Notes: generated by a model not told the origin, from the sequence alone. DNA of 64,000 nucleotides from Phenylobacterium sp. (GCF_016793225.1 NZ_JAEUMN010000081.1:2001-66000); one strand, 5' to 3'; numbered from the stretch's first letter, positions 38,992 to 49,696 are shown. Translations and numbers: made by a program.

Positions 38992-41636
38992 GCGGCCTCC
39001 GTGAGCGCGCCGCGCTCCAGCCTCAACCGCCGCCAGTTCGAGCCGCCCCAGACCCCCGCGCGCACCTCCCGCTCGGCGGTCAGAAGGCGCGCGTAGCGAC
39101 TGTTGGCTTCGACGAGCCGGGCCGGCGCGCCGTCCTCGACGATGCGGCCGTTCTCGACGACGAGAACCCGGGGGAAGTCGAGGGTCTCCTCGATGTCGTG
39201 GGTGACGCAGAGCAGCGTGGTTCCCGCCCACCAGGCGCGGGCCTCGCCGAGCAGCGCCTGGCGTTGACCGCGGTCGAGGCCGCGGAATGGCTCGTCCAGC
39301 AGCACCAGCCGCGGCGCATCGACCAGGAGCGCGCGCGCCAGTCGCACGCGCTGACCCTCGCCGCCCGAGAGGCGGCCGCCGCCTTCGCCGATGACGGTCC
39401 GCAGGCCCTCGGGCAGGCGCTCGGCGATATCGCGCAGCCGCGCGGCGTCGATCGCCCCAGCGAGCCGTTCCGGCGTCTCGCGCTCGTTGGCGTAGGCGAG
39501 GTTCGCCGCCAGCGAGGTGTTCCAGAGCTGCACGGATGGATCCACCCAGGCGGTCCGGCGGCGCAGCGCCTGCAGTCCGCCGGGCGGCGCCGGGAACCCG
39601 TCGATCCGCAGCTCGCCGTCGGACAGCCGGTTCCAGCCCATCAGAACACCCACCAGACTGGACTTGCCGGCGCCGGACGGCCCCACCACGGCGAGATGCT
39701 CGCCGGGCGCGATGTCGAGCTCGACGTCCTCGAGGATGCGGTGGCCGCCGGCCATCACCGCGCCGCCGCGGATCGTCAGGGACGCCGCGGCCTCTGGAAC
39801 AGGCTCCTCGCTCGCTTCGGGTTCATCGGGCGCGGCGAGGGGCTCCATCAGGCGCGCAAGGGTGTTGCGCTGGGCCGGGATCTGCCGGCCGAGAGCATTC
39901 AGCTGAGCGCCCAGCGCGGGAACCTTCAGCGCCCAGTAGACCAGCAGCAGGTCGCCGCCCTGGACGCCGCCCGCGCGCTGGAAGTGCAGGCCGAGGAACA
40001 GGCCCACGGCGGCGATGCATGCCATCGCCTGGACCGCCTGGGCCGCAAGGCCGAAACGCAGCAGGCCGCCGTAGGTCCGGGCCCACTCCACGAGCAGGTG
40101 CTCGTGCTGTCGCTGCACGCTGGTTTCGGCGGCGTGAGCGCGGATCGGCGCGAGTCCCAGCAGCGCGTCGAGGTAGAAGACGCCCAGAGCCGCCCCGTGG
40201 GTGCGCATGCGCAGATCGCGCTCGGCGAGCTGGGTCTGGATCAGCGCCGGCGTTCCGGCCGCCACCAGGGCCAGCAGCAGACCCGCCCACCACGCCTGAG
40301 GCGCCAGGGCCGCCAGCGCGGCCGTTGTGAACAGCAGTTCCAGGCCGTTCTGGAAGAGTTGCAGCGCGATGCCGGGGGCGCCGCGCGTCAGATGCAGGGC
40401 GTGGGCGCGGTCGGCCATGTCGCTGACGGATCGGCTCCGGAAGTAGCGGTCGCCGAGCCGGGGCAGCTTCGCGGCCAGCCGCATCCGCAGCGCCATCTCG
40501 AGCCGCCGCCCCAGGCGCAGGGCCTCGGCGCCCATGGGGATGTGCAGCGTCAGCAGCGCCGCCAGGAAGACGATCAGAAGGCCCGCCGCCGCCCACCGCT
40601 GCGCGGGCAGCGCCAATCGTTCACCGATGTCGAACAGGCCGCGGAACAGCAGCGTCTCGAGGATCACCGCGGCGACGGCCGCCACCGCCGCGAGGCCGAG
40701 CGCCAGGAGACCCAGGCGGCCCTCGGCCCTGAGCAGGTCGAACGCCGTGCGCAGAGGGCGGGGCCGCGGCTCGGCCAGGGCCGCGGCCACGTCGACGGGC
40801 GCCTCGACCGCGTCGGTCATGGGGGCGCTTCGCCCGCGGACGCTCAGCAGCACGGCGCCCGAGAGCCGCACCGACTGGGGCCGGCCCGGCGTGTTGGCGG
40901 GGTCGGGCGTGACGCTCCAGTACGCCTCGGGAATGCGGGCATAGATGTCGTCGGCCGAGGCGAGCGTGGCGTCCACGAGAGCGTTCAGGAGCCGCGCCGC
41001 TTCCGCGCCGGGTCGCAGGCCCTTGGCTTCGACGAGGGCCGTCGCGAGGCGGACAGCGGCGTCCAGGACCGCGAAGGTCCACCAGCGGGGATCCGCCTCG
41101 GCGCGGCTCAGGAGGTTGCGCGCGACGGACCGGCCGACGCTAAGGGCTTCGAGGCGCACGCCGAGCGGCGCCAGGAAGGCGTCCGTGCCCGCCCAGGCGC
41201 GCCAATCGGCGGCGGCGACTGTCGTGCTGTGCCTGTAGACTTCGTCGCGGAAGCGGGCGGCCCGGACCCAGCGGCGGCCGACGGCCGGGTCCATGACCTG
41301 CAGCCATGGCCCCACGCGCGACCACACCACGACGAAATGGCGCGCGGTCTCGGCATGGCGGACCACCACGATGGCCGGCAGAGCTCGGCTCTGCGGCAGG
41401 TCGAGGTGATCGATCGGAATCAGAACCTGCTCGGCGTCCAGGCCCAGTTGCACGGCGACGGTCTCGAGCGCGTCGATGGACGCGCCGTCCACGTCGATCT
41501 GGCAGGCCTCGCGGAGACGTCCGTAGCTGACCTGCAGCCCGTGCCCCCCGGCCAGGCACGCCAGGGCGGCCGGGCCGCAGTCCATGGCCGAGGTCTGGAC
41601 GACCTCCGGGGCGAACCGGCGCGCGGACCGCGTCAT
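38988..41636 (-). CDS. Peptidase-C39-domain ABC exporter (bacteriocin/double-glycine-leader type)
   Basis: ATG 41636 overlaps the HlyD stop (ATGA). C39 motifs VVQTSAMDCGPAALACL (Gln/Cys), ARHFVVVW (His), VMDPAVG (Asp). Walker A GPSGAGKSS, LSGGEGQRV, LVLLDEPF. The 1386-aa track ORF is an artefactual extension. Confidence 0.9.
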   Translation of the reverse strand: MTRSARRFAPEVVQTSAMDCGPAALACLAGGHGLQVSYGRLREACQIDVDGASIDALETVAVQLGLDAEQVLIPIDHLDLPQSRALPAIVVVRHAETARHFVVVWSRVGPWLQVMDPAVGRRWVRAARFRDEVYRHSTTVAAADWRAWAGTDAFLAPLGVRLEALSVGRSVARNLLSRAEADPRWWTFAVLDAAVRLATALVEAKGLRPGAEAARLLNALVDATLASADDIYARIPEAYWSVTPDPANTPGRPQSVRLSGAVLLSVRGRSAPMTDAVEAPVDVAAALAEPRPRPLRTAFDLLRAEGRLGLLALGLAAVAAVAAVILETLLFRGLFDIGERLALPAQRWAAAGLLIVFLAALLTLHIPMGAEALRLGRRLEMALRMRLAAKLPRLGDRYFRSRSVSDMADRAHALHLTRGAPGIALQLFQNGLELLFTTAALAALAPQAWWAGLLLALVAAGTPALIQTQLAERDLRMRTHGAALGVFYLDALLGLAPIRAHAAETSVQRQHEHLLVEWARTYGGLLRFGLAAQAVQAMACIAAVGLFLGLHFQRAGGVQGGDLLLVYWALKVPALGAQLNALGRQIPAQRNTLARLMEPLAAPDEPEASEEPVPEAAASLTIRGGAVMAGGHRILEDVELDIAPGEHLAVVGPSGAGKSSLVGVLMGWNRLSDGELRIDGFPAPPGGLQALRRRTAWVDPSVQLWNTSLAANLAYANERETPERLAGAIDAARLRDIAERLPEGLRTVIGEGGGRLSGGEGQRVRLARALLVDAPRLVLLDEPFRGLDRGQRQALLGEARAWWAGTTLLCVTHDIEETLDFPRVLVVENGRIVEDGAPARLVEANSRYARLLTAEREVRAGVWGGSNWRRLRLERGALTEAA

Positions 41637-42796
41637 GCCGCGCCGCCGGCGCCCAGGGCCTGGCCCGCGGCGCGGAGGACCAGCACGGCCGGGCTCACGC
41701 GTTCGACGGCGACCTCGGCGGCCCCCGCCATGCCGTGGCGCAGGGGAAGTCCGCCGCCCGTGGCGGGCGAGACCGACAGATCGGCCCGAAGCAACCCTCC
41801 GCGCGGTTCGCTGGCCACCCGCAGCACGCGGGCCGTGACGACGCCGTACTGGGCCCAGGGATAGCCGTCGAGGCGCAGGCGCGCGGTCTGCCCCGGGCGC
41901 ACGCGCCCCAGGGCCCCGCCCGACGGGAACTCGGCCACCAGCGTCAGGCGGCCGTCGGGGACGATGGTCGCCAGCTTCTGACCGGCCTCCACATAGGCCC
42001 CGGCGGCCAGGGTCGGGGCCTCGCCGATCACGCCATCGGCGGGAGCGCGCACCTGGCGCGCGTCGATGGCGGCGCGGAGGCGCTCGGCCGTGGCCCGGCT
42101 GGCCAGCAGGTCGCCCTGCATTCCCGCGATGGCCTGCCGCAGCGCCTGCAGGCGGGCCAGGCCGTCGCTCTGGCTGAGGCGTGCATCGTAGGCCGCCTTC
42201 TGGGCTTCGGCGGCGATGGCGTCGCGTGCGGAGCGGGCGCGCCGGGCGTCGGTCGCGTAGCGGTAGGCCTCGACATCCGAGAGGATGCCCCTGTCCAGCA
42301 GACCCCGCATTCTGCGGTCCTTCTCCTCGGCATAGTCGACCCCGGCGGCGGCCTCGCGCTCGCGGGCGCGGGCCGAGCGAAGGGCGGCGTCCGCCGCACC
42401 CCGATCGGCCGCCAGCGAGGCCTGCAGCGCCTGGGCCTCGGCCTCGGCCGCCGCGATCCGGGCCGGCAGCGCCTGCAGCCGCGCCTCGGCCTCGGCCAGG
42501 TCCAGCCGCGCCTGGGTGGCGTCGAGTTCGACCAGGACCTCGCCGGCGGTCACCCGGCGGCCGATCTGCAGCCGCGACGACACGAGACGTCCGGCCTCGA
42601 CGGGCGAGACATCCCGGGCGGCTACGACGGCTTCCAGGCGCGCGCGCCGCGAGACTTCGTAGAGGGTGACCCGCCCGAACACGAACCACGCCGTCCATGC
42701 GGCGAGCAGCACGCCGGCGCAGGCCAGCGCGAGGCGCGACGCCCGTCCCGTCTCGAGCGCCAGGGCGCGGGTGGTTCGGGAGAAAGGCGAGGCCAT
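41633..42796 (-). CDS. HlyD-family membrane fusion (secretion adaptor) protein
   Basis: Start moved to MASPFSR (ATG 42796, GGAG 10 nt upstream) because ATG 42832 lies inside the promoter -10 motif. One N-terminal TM, long coiled coil (ARLDLAEAEARLQAL...), C-terminal barrel. Confidence 0.85.
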   Translation of the reverse strand: MASPFSRTTRALALETGRASRLALACAGVLLAAWTAWFVFGRVTLYEVSRRARLEAVVAARDVSPVEAGRLVSSRLQIGRRVTAGEVLVELDATQARLDLAEAEARLQALPARIAAAEAEAQALQASLAADRGAADAALRSARAREREAAAGVDYAEEKDRRMRGLLDRGILSDVEAYRYATDARRARSARDAIAAEAQKAAYDARLSQSDGLARLQALRQAIAGMQGDLLASRATAERLRAAIDARQVRAPADGVIGEAPTLAAGAYVEAGQKLATIVPDGRLTLVAEFPSGGALGRVRPGQTARLRLDGYPWAQYGVVTARVLRVASEPRGGLLRADLSVSPATGGGLPLRHGMAGAAEVAVERVSPAVLVLRAAGQALGAGGAA

Positions 42797-42827
42797 TTCG
42801 GCGCGGCTCCGGTCCGGGATTCCCAGC

Positions 42828-42856
42828 GACAACGGCCGCGCGTTGACGATTATTCC
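42828..42856 (-). promoter_or_regulatory. ECF-type promoter motif upstream of the HlyD/ABC/ABC operon
   Basis: Minus strand GGAATAAtcgtcaacgcgcggcCGTTGTC (spacer 15), ending 31 nt upstream of ATG 42796. Confidence 0.6.
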
Positions 42857-42924
42857 GCGCGATTTTCGCTCGAGAGTCTCCGCGCGCGAGGGGCCCCGGC
42901 GCCCGGATTTCTCGTCGGCCGGAC

Positions 42925-42953
42925 GGAATAAGCGGCGGCGGCGCGACGTTGTC
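42925..42953 (+). promoter_or_regulatory. ECF-type promoter motif upstream of the 635-aa gene / peptide operon
   Basis: Plus strand GGAATAAgcggcggcggcgcgaCGTTGTC (spacer 15). ATG 42961 begins 7 nt after the motif, which implies a leaderless or near-leaderless mRNA. Confidence 0.6.
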
Positions 42954-42960
42954 CGACCGA

Positions 42961-44868
42961 ATGCCCGGAAGCGGCGCCATGGCGGCGGCGCTGGGCGGTT
43001 GGGGGACGATCCGCTTGCGCGACCTGGTCGACGCCGCCGCCTGTCCGCTGTCGCGGACCGAGGCCGACGGGCTGGATTTGCGTGCGGCGCTGGTGCTGCC
43101 GATGCGCCGCAGCATGGTCGTCCAGCGCGGCCTGAGCCCCGACGGCAAGCCGGAACTGACCCTGTTCCATGACGGCCGCGAGATCAGCTTCGACGAGCCG
43201 GAACTGTTCGGTTTCGCCGAGGCGCTGGCCCGGCAGGACAGGTTCCTGGCCGGCGAGGCGACGGGGTGGGGCGACGGTTACGCCTGGTCGCGCGTGGCGC
43301 CGCTGCTGACGGAGCTTGTGTCCGCCGGCGTCCTGATGCGCGCGGAGGCCGCCCCGGCCGCTTCCGTGGTTCCGGGCGTGCGCCCGTCGCCGCTGCCGCC
43401 CGCCCGCTCGGCCCGCGCCCGCTGGTGGGACGAGGGCGAGACCCTGATGGCCGAGCTGACCGGGCGGCCGCTCGAGACCGGCTGGCTCGAGATGGTGATC
43501 CCCGTCTTCCGCATCGCCCACGCGGCGCTCGACGCCGATGGCCGCCAGGTCGGCGAGGCGAACGTCTTTCCCCCGGCGCTGCGGATCGAGACGCCGACGC
43601 GGTGGCGCACCTGCCCGTACGAGGGTTCGCGCCATCAGCCCGACCGGCCGATGAACGTCGAGGCGCTTCGGGGCATGCAGGCGCACTGGAAGCAGATGAT
43701 GGCCGCGCTCGGCCGCATCCGCGCCGCCTGGCTGGCGCGGACGCCTGACGCTCAGGGCCGCGCGCTCACGATCGGCGAGATCGAACGCCTCGCGGTCTGC
43801 GTGCTGGGCGTGCCGACCTACGCCCTGGTCCGCGCCAGGGATCCGGTGGCCAGCGGTTCGCTGCATCCGACGCTTTCGTCGCTGTTCCGGGTCACCGACG
43901 GGCTGCGGATGGTCATGCACCAGATGCTGTTCGTGCCGCTGGGCGAGCCGACGCGGGATCCCGACGAGACCGTGAGCGCGGCCGACATCCACGCCTATGC
44001 CGAGCGGAGCTACGCGTTCCACTCCGAGCATGGCGTCTGCGCCGGGCCGCCGCACATGGTGGCGGAGTTCCTTCGTGTGATCGTCGAGGGCGAAGCGCCC
44101 GACCCCGATGCGGCCGCGCCGCTGGCCCCGGCCGTCGAGGCGGCCCTGGCCGACCTGCCGGCGGCGATGGACTACGCCATGCTGGGCCTGCAGGCGCACG
44201 CCGCGACCTTCTCGGTCTGGCCGGCCGCCGCGCGAGCCTATGCCGCGCTGGCCGACATACTGTCCGATAACGCCGACGCCGGTCTTGCCGCCCGCTTCAG
44301 GACCCACCTAGGCGCGCTTCGGACCGCCAGCTACCTCGGAGACGAGGCGCTGCGGGCCCGGCGCGAGGCGGTCTACGAAGAGATGCTCGACGCTTGCGGG
44401 CGGTGGCTGGGGCAAGCCCGGGACGCCTCGCGGATCGCCCGCGCCCGGCGTGACGCCCGGGCCAGGATGGCGGCGCAAGGCGACGCGGTGCGCGCCGTCC
44501 TGGCGGCGCGCCTAGGCCCGGCGGCGGCGGACGCGGCGGCCGAGGCCGTCCTCGACGCCTGCGCGGCCGCGATGGCGGCGATCTCGGTCGGTTCAGAGGC
44601 GCAGCGCGAGATCAACGCGCGCCTGGGGCGGCCGGCGCCGATCCGAAGCTTCGACGCCGCCGACCTCGACCTGCACAACCGGCTGAACGACCTGCAGCCC
44701 CGCCGGCTGCCCTACCTCTTCGACGAGCTCGCCGACGCGTTCGGGCTCGCGCTCACCCTTTCCGCCGACGGCCTCCGCCTGGCCGCGGCGAACCCCCATT
44801 CGGCGGCCACGCCGTCCGGATCGCGCGCAAACCCGCGCGCGTCACTCAACTCAGGAATGGCAAAATGA
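42961..44868 (+). CDS. Orphan 635-aa cytoplasmic protein, no family recognised (candidate peptide-modifying/recognition enzyme)
   Basis: Long ORF with high GC3 throughout. The TTG 42949 in the track lies inside the promoter motif, so ATG 42961 (or 42979) is preferred. No TM or signal. The N-terminal roughly 110 aa has a PqqD/RRE-like strand-strand-helix pattern (inference). Confidence 0.7.
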   Translation: MPGSGAMAAALGGWGTIRLRDLVDAAACPLSRTEADGLDLRAALVLPMRRSMVVQRGLSPDGKPELTLFHDGREISFDEPELFGFAEALARQDRFLAGEATGWGDGYAWSRVAPLLTELVSAGVLMRAEAAPAASVVPGVRPSPLPPARSARARWWDEGETLMAELTGRPLETGWLEMVIPVFRIAHAALDADGRQVGEANVFPPALRIETPTRWRTCPYEGSRHQPDRPMNVEALRGMQAHWKQMMAALGRIRAAWLARTPDAQGRALTIGEIERLAVCVLGVPTYALVRARDPVASGSLHPTLSSLFRVTDGLRMVMHQMLFVPLGEPTRDPDETVSAADIHAYAERSYAFHSEHGVCAGPPHMVAEFLRVIVEGEAPDPDAAAPLAPAVEAALADLPAAMDYAMLGLQAHAATFSVWPAAARAYAALADILSDNADAGLAARFRTHLGALRTASYLGDEALRARREAVYEEMLDACGRWLGQARDASRIARARRDARARMAAQGDAVRAVLAARLGPAAADAAAEAVLDACAAAMAAISVGSEAQREINARLGRPAPIRSFDAADLDLHNRLNDLQPRRLPYLFDELADAFGLALTLSADGLRLAAANPHSAATPSGSRANPRASLNSGMAK

Positions 44869-44978
44869 AGATCAAGACGAACATCCGCGCCGGCGCCGGC
44901 AAGCAGAAGCGCAAGAGCGGCGGTGAGTCCGAGGCCCCGGCCTACGTCCCGCCGGTGAGCCGCTGCGTCGGCATCTGA
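44865..44978 (+). CDS. 37-aa peptide MKIKTNIRAGAGKQKRKSGGESEAPAYVPPVSRCVGI (candidate Gly-Gly-leader precursor)
   Basis: Below the ORF-track size cutoff. ATG overlaps the TGA of the 635-aa gene (ATGA). AGGAA 7 nt upstream. 35 of 37 codons end in G/C. Followed by a hairpin. Internal GG (positions 19-20) matches C39 exporter specificity. Confidence 0.55.
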   Translation: MKIKTNIRAGAGKQKRKSGGESEAPAYVPPVSRCVGI

Positions 44979-44996
44979 GCCGCACGGCCAGACAGA

Positions 44997-45030
44997 GAGG
45001 GGGCCGGCCGCACGCCGGCCTCCTTCTTCG
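44997..45030 (+). terminator. Hairpin after the peptide gene (possible intrinsic terminator)
   Basis: 12-bp stem 44997-45008 / 45014-45025 (2 G-U pairs), loop cgcac, then a weak U-rich ccttcttc tail. Confidence 0.4.
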
Positions 45031-45328
45031 GAACGTGCGATCAATCCGATCGACGGCAGGCGCTCGGGCGAACCAGAAGAATCCTGCCGGTCGCGTCACG
45101 TCGCGGCGTGGCGTGGGTCGAGGGCGGACACTGAGGTCGCGCCCTCCGTTAACCTTCTGACAAGGAATTGTGGCGGTGCGGCCACGCTCGGTGAGAAAGC
45201 GGCGGCCTGCTCGCGATACGTGTAACGGTGTTGCGCGCATCGCCTAGCGGGGGAGGGGGGCGGCGCGTAGCTGTCCGGCCAATCAGACGGCCCGAGAGCC
45301 GTCGCAAGAAGGTCGGAGAGAGAACGAG

Positions 45329-47689
<2,361 letters not shown>

Positions 47690-47752
47690 TCAGGCGGCGC
47701 CGTCACGGCGCGGACAGACCGGCGAGGGCGGGACCCTGGTCCCGCCCTTTGC

Positions 47753-48508
47753 GTGTCAGGCGCCTCGCCTGCCGGGGCGAAGACCGCTATGGCTGGCGGC
47801 ATGGGGAAGGGCCAGTCGCGAGCCGCCGCCGTCCTGCTCGGCCTCTCGGCGCTGGCCTGGGCCGGCGCGGCGATGGCGCACAACATCGGCGGGACCGACG
47901 CCGCCTTCGTGGCCGCCACGCGGGGCCCCGACCCGATCCCGTTCGCCTACCTCGGCGCCAAGCACATGGTGACGGGCTACGACCACCTGCTGTTCCTGGT
48001 GGGCGTCATCTTCTTCCTGTTCCGGCTGAAGGAGATCGCGCTCTATGTGAGCCTCTTCTCGCTGGGCCACTCGATCACGCTGCTGGCGGGCGTGCTGCTG
48101 AGGCTGGAGGTGGAGCCGCACCTCGTGGACGCGGTGATCGGGCTGTCCGTGGCCTACAAGGCCTTCGACAACCTCGGCGGCTTCCGGACGGTGTTCGGCC
48201 GCCAGCCGGACACGCGGATCGCCGTGCTGGGCTTCGGACTGATCCACGGCTTCGGCCTGGCCACCAAGCTGCAGGCGCTGAACCTCAACCCCGACGGTCT
48301 GGTCGTGAACCTGGTCGCGTTCAACATCGGCGTCGAGCTGGGCCAGATCGCGGCGCTGTCCCTCATCCTTGTGGCGATGACCTACTGGCGGCGCTCGAAG
48401 GCCTTCCGGCCGATGGCGGCCGGCGCCAACGTCCTCCTGATGCTGGCCGGGTTCGTGCTCGCCGGCGACCAGATCGCCGGCTTCATCCTCGACGGAGCGG
48501 TCTCATGA
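47753..48508 (+). CDS. HupE/UreJ-family (type 2) metal transporter
   Basis: Signal peptide ending in AMAH; GAKHMVTGYDHLLFLVGVIFF motif; 6 TM. Start uncertain (47753-47801). Confidence 0.7.
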   Translation: MSGASPAGAKTAMAGGMGKGQSRAAAVLLGLSALAWAGAAMAHNIGGTDAAFVAATRGPDPIPFAYLGAKHMVTGYDHLLFLVGVIFFLFRLKEIALYVSLFSLGHSITLLAGVLLRLEVEPHLVDAVIGLSVAYKAFDNLGGFRTVFGRQPDTRIAVLGFGLIHGFGLATKLQALNLNPDGLVVNLVAFNIGVELGQIAALSLILVAMTYWRRSKAFRPMAAGANVLLMLAGFVLAGDQIAGFILDGAVS

Positions 48509-49176
48509 GCGAGTCACCGACCCTCTCGCGCGGCCGCCTGCTGGCCGTCACCGCGGCCACGCTCGCGGCGGCGGTCCTGATCGTGCTGGGCGTGATCCTG
48601 CCGGCCGAGTTCAACCGGGATCCGCTGGGCGTCGGCAAGCTCTCGGGCCTGTCGCGCCTCTGGGCGCCCGACGAGGTGGAGGTCGACGCCCGGAGCGGCG
48701 GCGCGGCGCGGGCGCGGGAATACGCGGCGCCGTTCCGCACCGACGTCGTCGAGATCCCGCTGGGCGGCTTCCTGGACGGGGTCGAGAAATCCGAGCTCGA
48801 GTACAAGGTGAAGATGGCCAAGGACGCCACCCTCATCTACGCCTGGGAGGTGGTCGGCTCGGCCGATGCGCGCGACTTCCACTACGACCAGCATGGCCAT
48901 ACGACGCCCGCTGCCGGACAGCCGATGACGGTGGCCACCTACCGGCAGGCGTTCGGGCTCAGGCAGCACGGCGCGCTCACCGCGCCCTTCGACGGCATAC
49001 AGGGCTGGCAGTTCTCGAACTCCAGCGAGAAGCCGGTGGTTGTGCGCCTGCGGCTGGCGGGCTTCTACGAGCTCGTGCCGGCGGGCCAGCCGGGCAACGA
49101 GGCCGGGATCGTCGCCAACGTCCCCGCGGCCCAGGCCCGGCCGGATCGGGCCGGGGCTGCAACACCTTCGCCATAA
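48505..49176 (+). CDS. Hypothetical membrane-anchored protein co-transcribed with HupE
   Basis: ATG overlaps the HupE stop (ATGA). One N-terminal TM then a beta-rich domain; no family recognised. Confidence 0.6.
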   Translation: MSESPTLSRGRLLAVTAATLAAAVLIVLGVILPAEFNRDPLGVGKLSGLSRLWAPDEVEVDARSGGAARAREYAAPFRTDVVEIPLGGFLDGVEKSELEYKVKMAKDATLIYAWEVVGSADARDFHYDQHGHTTPAAGQPMTVATYRQAFGLRQHGALTAPFDGIQGWQFSNSSEKPVVVRLRLAGFYELVPAGQPGNEAGIVANVPAAQARPDRAGAATPSP

Positions 49177-49210
49177 TCCGGGCGTTCCGTGGCGGGACAG
49201 GAGTTCCCGC

Positions 49211-49687
49211 ATGCGCGTCGCCGCCATCCTCGCCCTCGCCCTCGCCGCGTCGCCAGCAGCCGCGGCGGAGCCTCCGCAGGCCACGGCTGCGGCCGCCGGC
49301 GGCAGCGTCGGCGACCAGATCGCCGAGTTCCTGCGGACCTCGCCCGCCGCGCCGATCGAGGAGGGCGTCGCCGGCGTGACGCCCCGCGACGACGGCGCCG
49401 ACGACCGGAGGGTCCACGGCGAGGTCGCGGTCGCTGTCGGCACGGGCGGCTACCGGAGCGTCTACATGCGCAGCGAGATGCCGCTGGGCCGGACCGGCCG
49501 GCTCAGCCTGGCCTTCGGCGACGAGCGCTCCCGGCGCGGGGGCGTGCGCGGCCTGGACGCCGGGCCGCCCCATGGCGCCTTCGGCGTCGACCGGCAGCGC
49601 TGCGACCTGGAAGGCCTGACGCCGCCGCGCGCCCTGGACGTGATGGGCGGTCCGCACGGCCGCTGCGTGCGGCCGCCGGGCTGGTAG
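49211..49687 (+). CDS. Hypothetical secreted protein
   Basis: MRVAAILALALAASPAAAAEP signal peptide; 158 aa. Confidence 0.5.
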   Translation: MRVAAILALALAASPAAAAEPPQATAAAAGGSVGDQIAEFLRTSPAAPIEEGVAGVTPRDDGADDRRVHGEVAVAVGTGGYRSVYMRSEMPLGRTGRLSLAFGDERSRRGGVRGLDAGPPHGAFGVDRQRCDLEGLTPPRALDVMGGPHGRCVRPPGW

Positions 49688-49696
49688 GCCGGCGCC

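Noticed and set aside
42843-42875. Housekeeping-type promoter TTGACGA ... GCTCGAGA in the divergent exporter/peptide intergenic region
   Set aside because: The spacing (18 nt) and the -10 do not fit the Caulobacter TTGACGS-N10-14-GCTANAWC consensus. The ECF-type motifs explain the region better.
38988-43148. 1386-aa ORF suggesting a giant ABC protein
   Set aside because: The first 504 codons read through hlyD in another frame (Arg/Pro/Gly-rich). The ATGA junctions at 41636 and 38991 and the C39 motif right after MTRSARRF define the real gene.
44872-45240. 122-aa minus-strand ORF downstream of the peptide gene
   Set aside because: Arg/Cys/Pro-rich junk composition. It overlaps the peptide gene and its hairpin and has no RBS.
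45041-45328. Cobalamin riboswitch upstream of the TonB receptor/HupE operon
   Set aside because: Some blocks look vaguely similar, but the order of conserved elements and the B12 box do not match by eye. A covariance-model search is needed, so it is kept only as a low-interest question in the findings.
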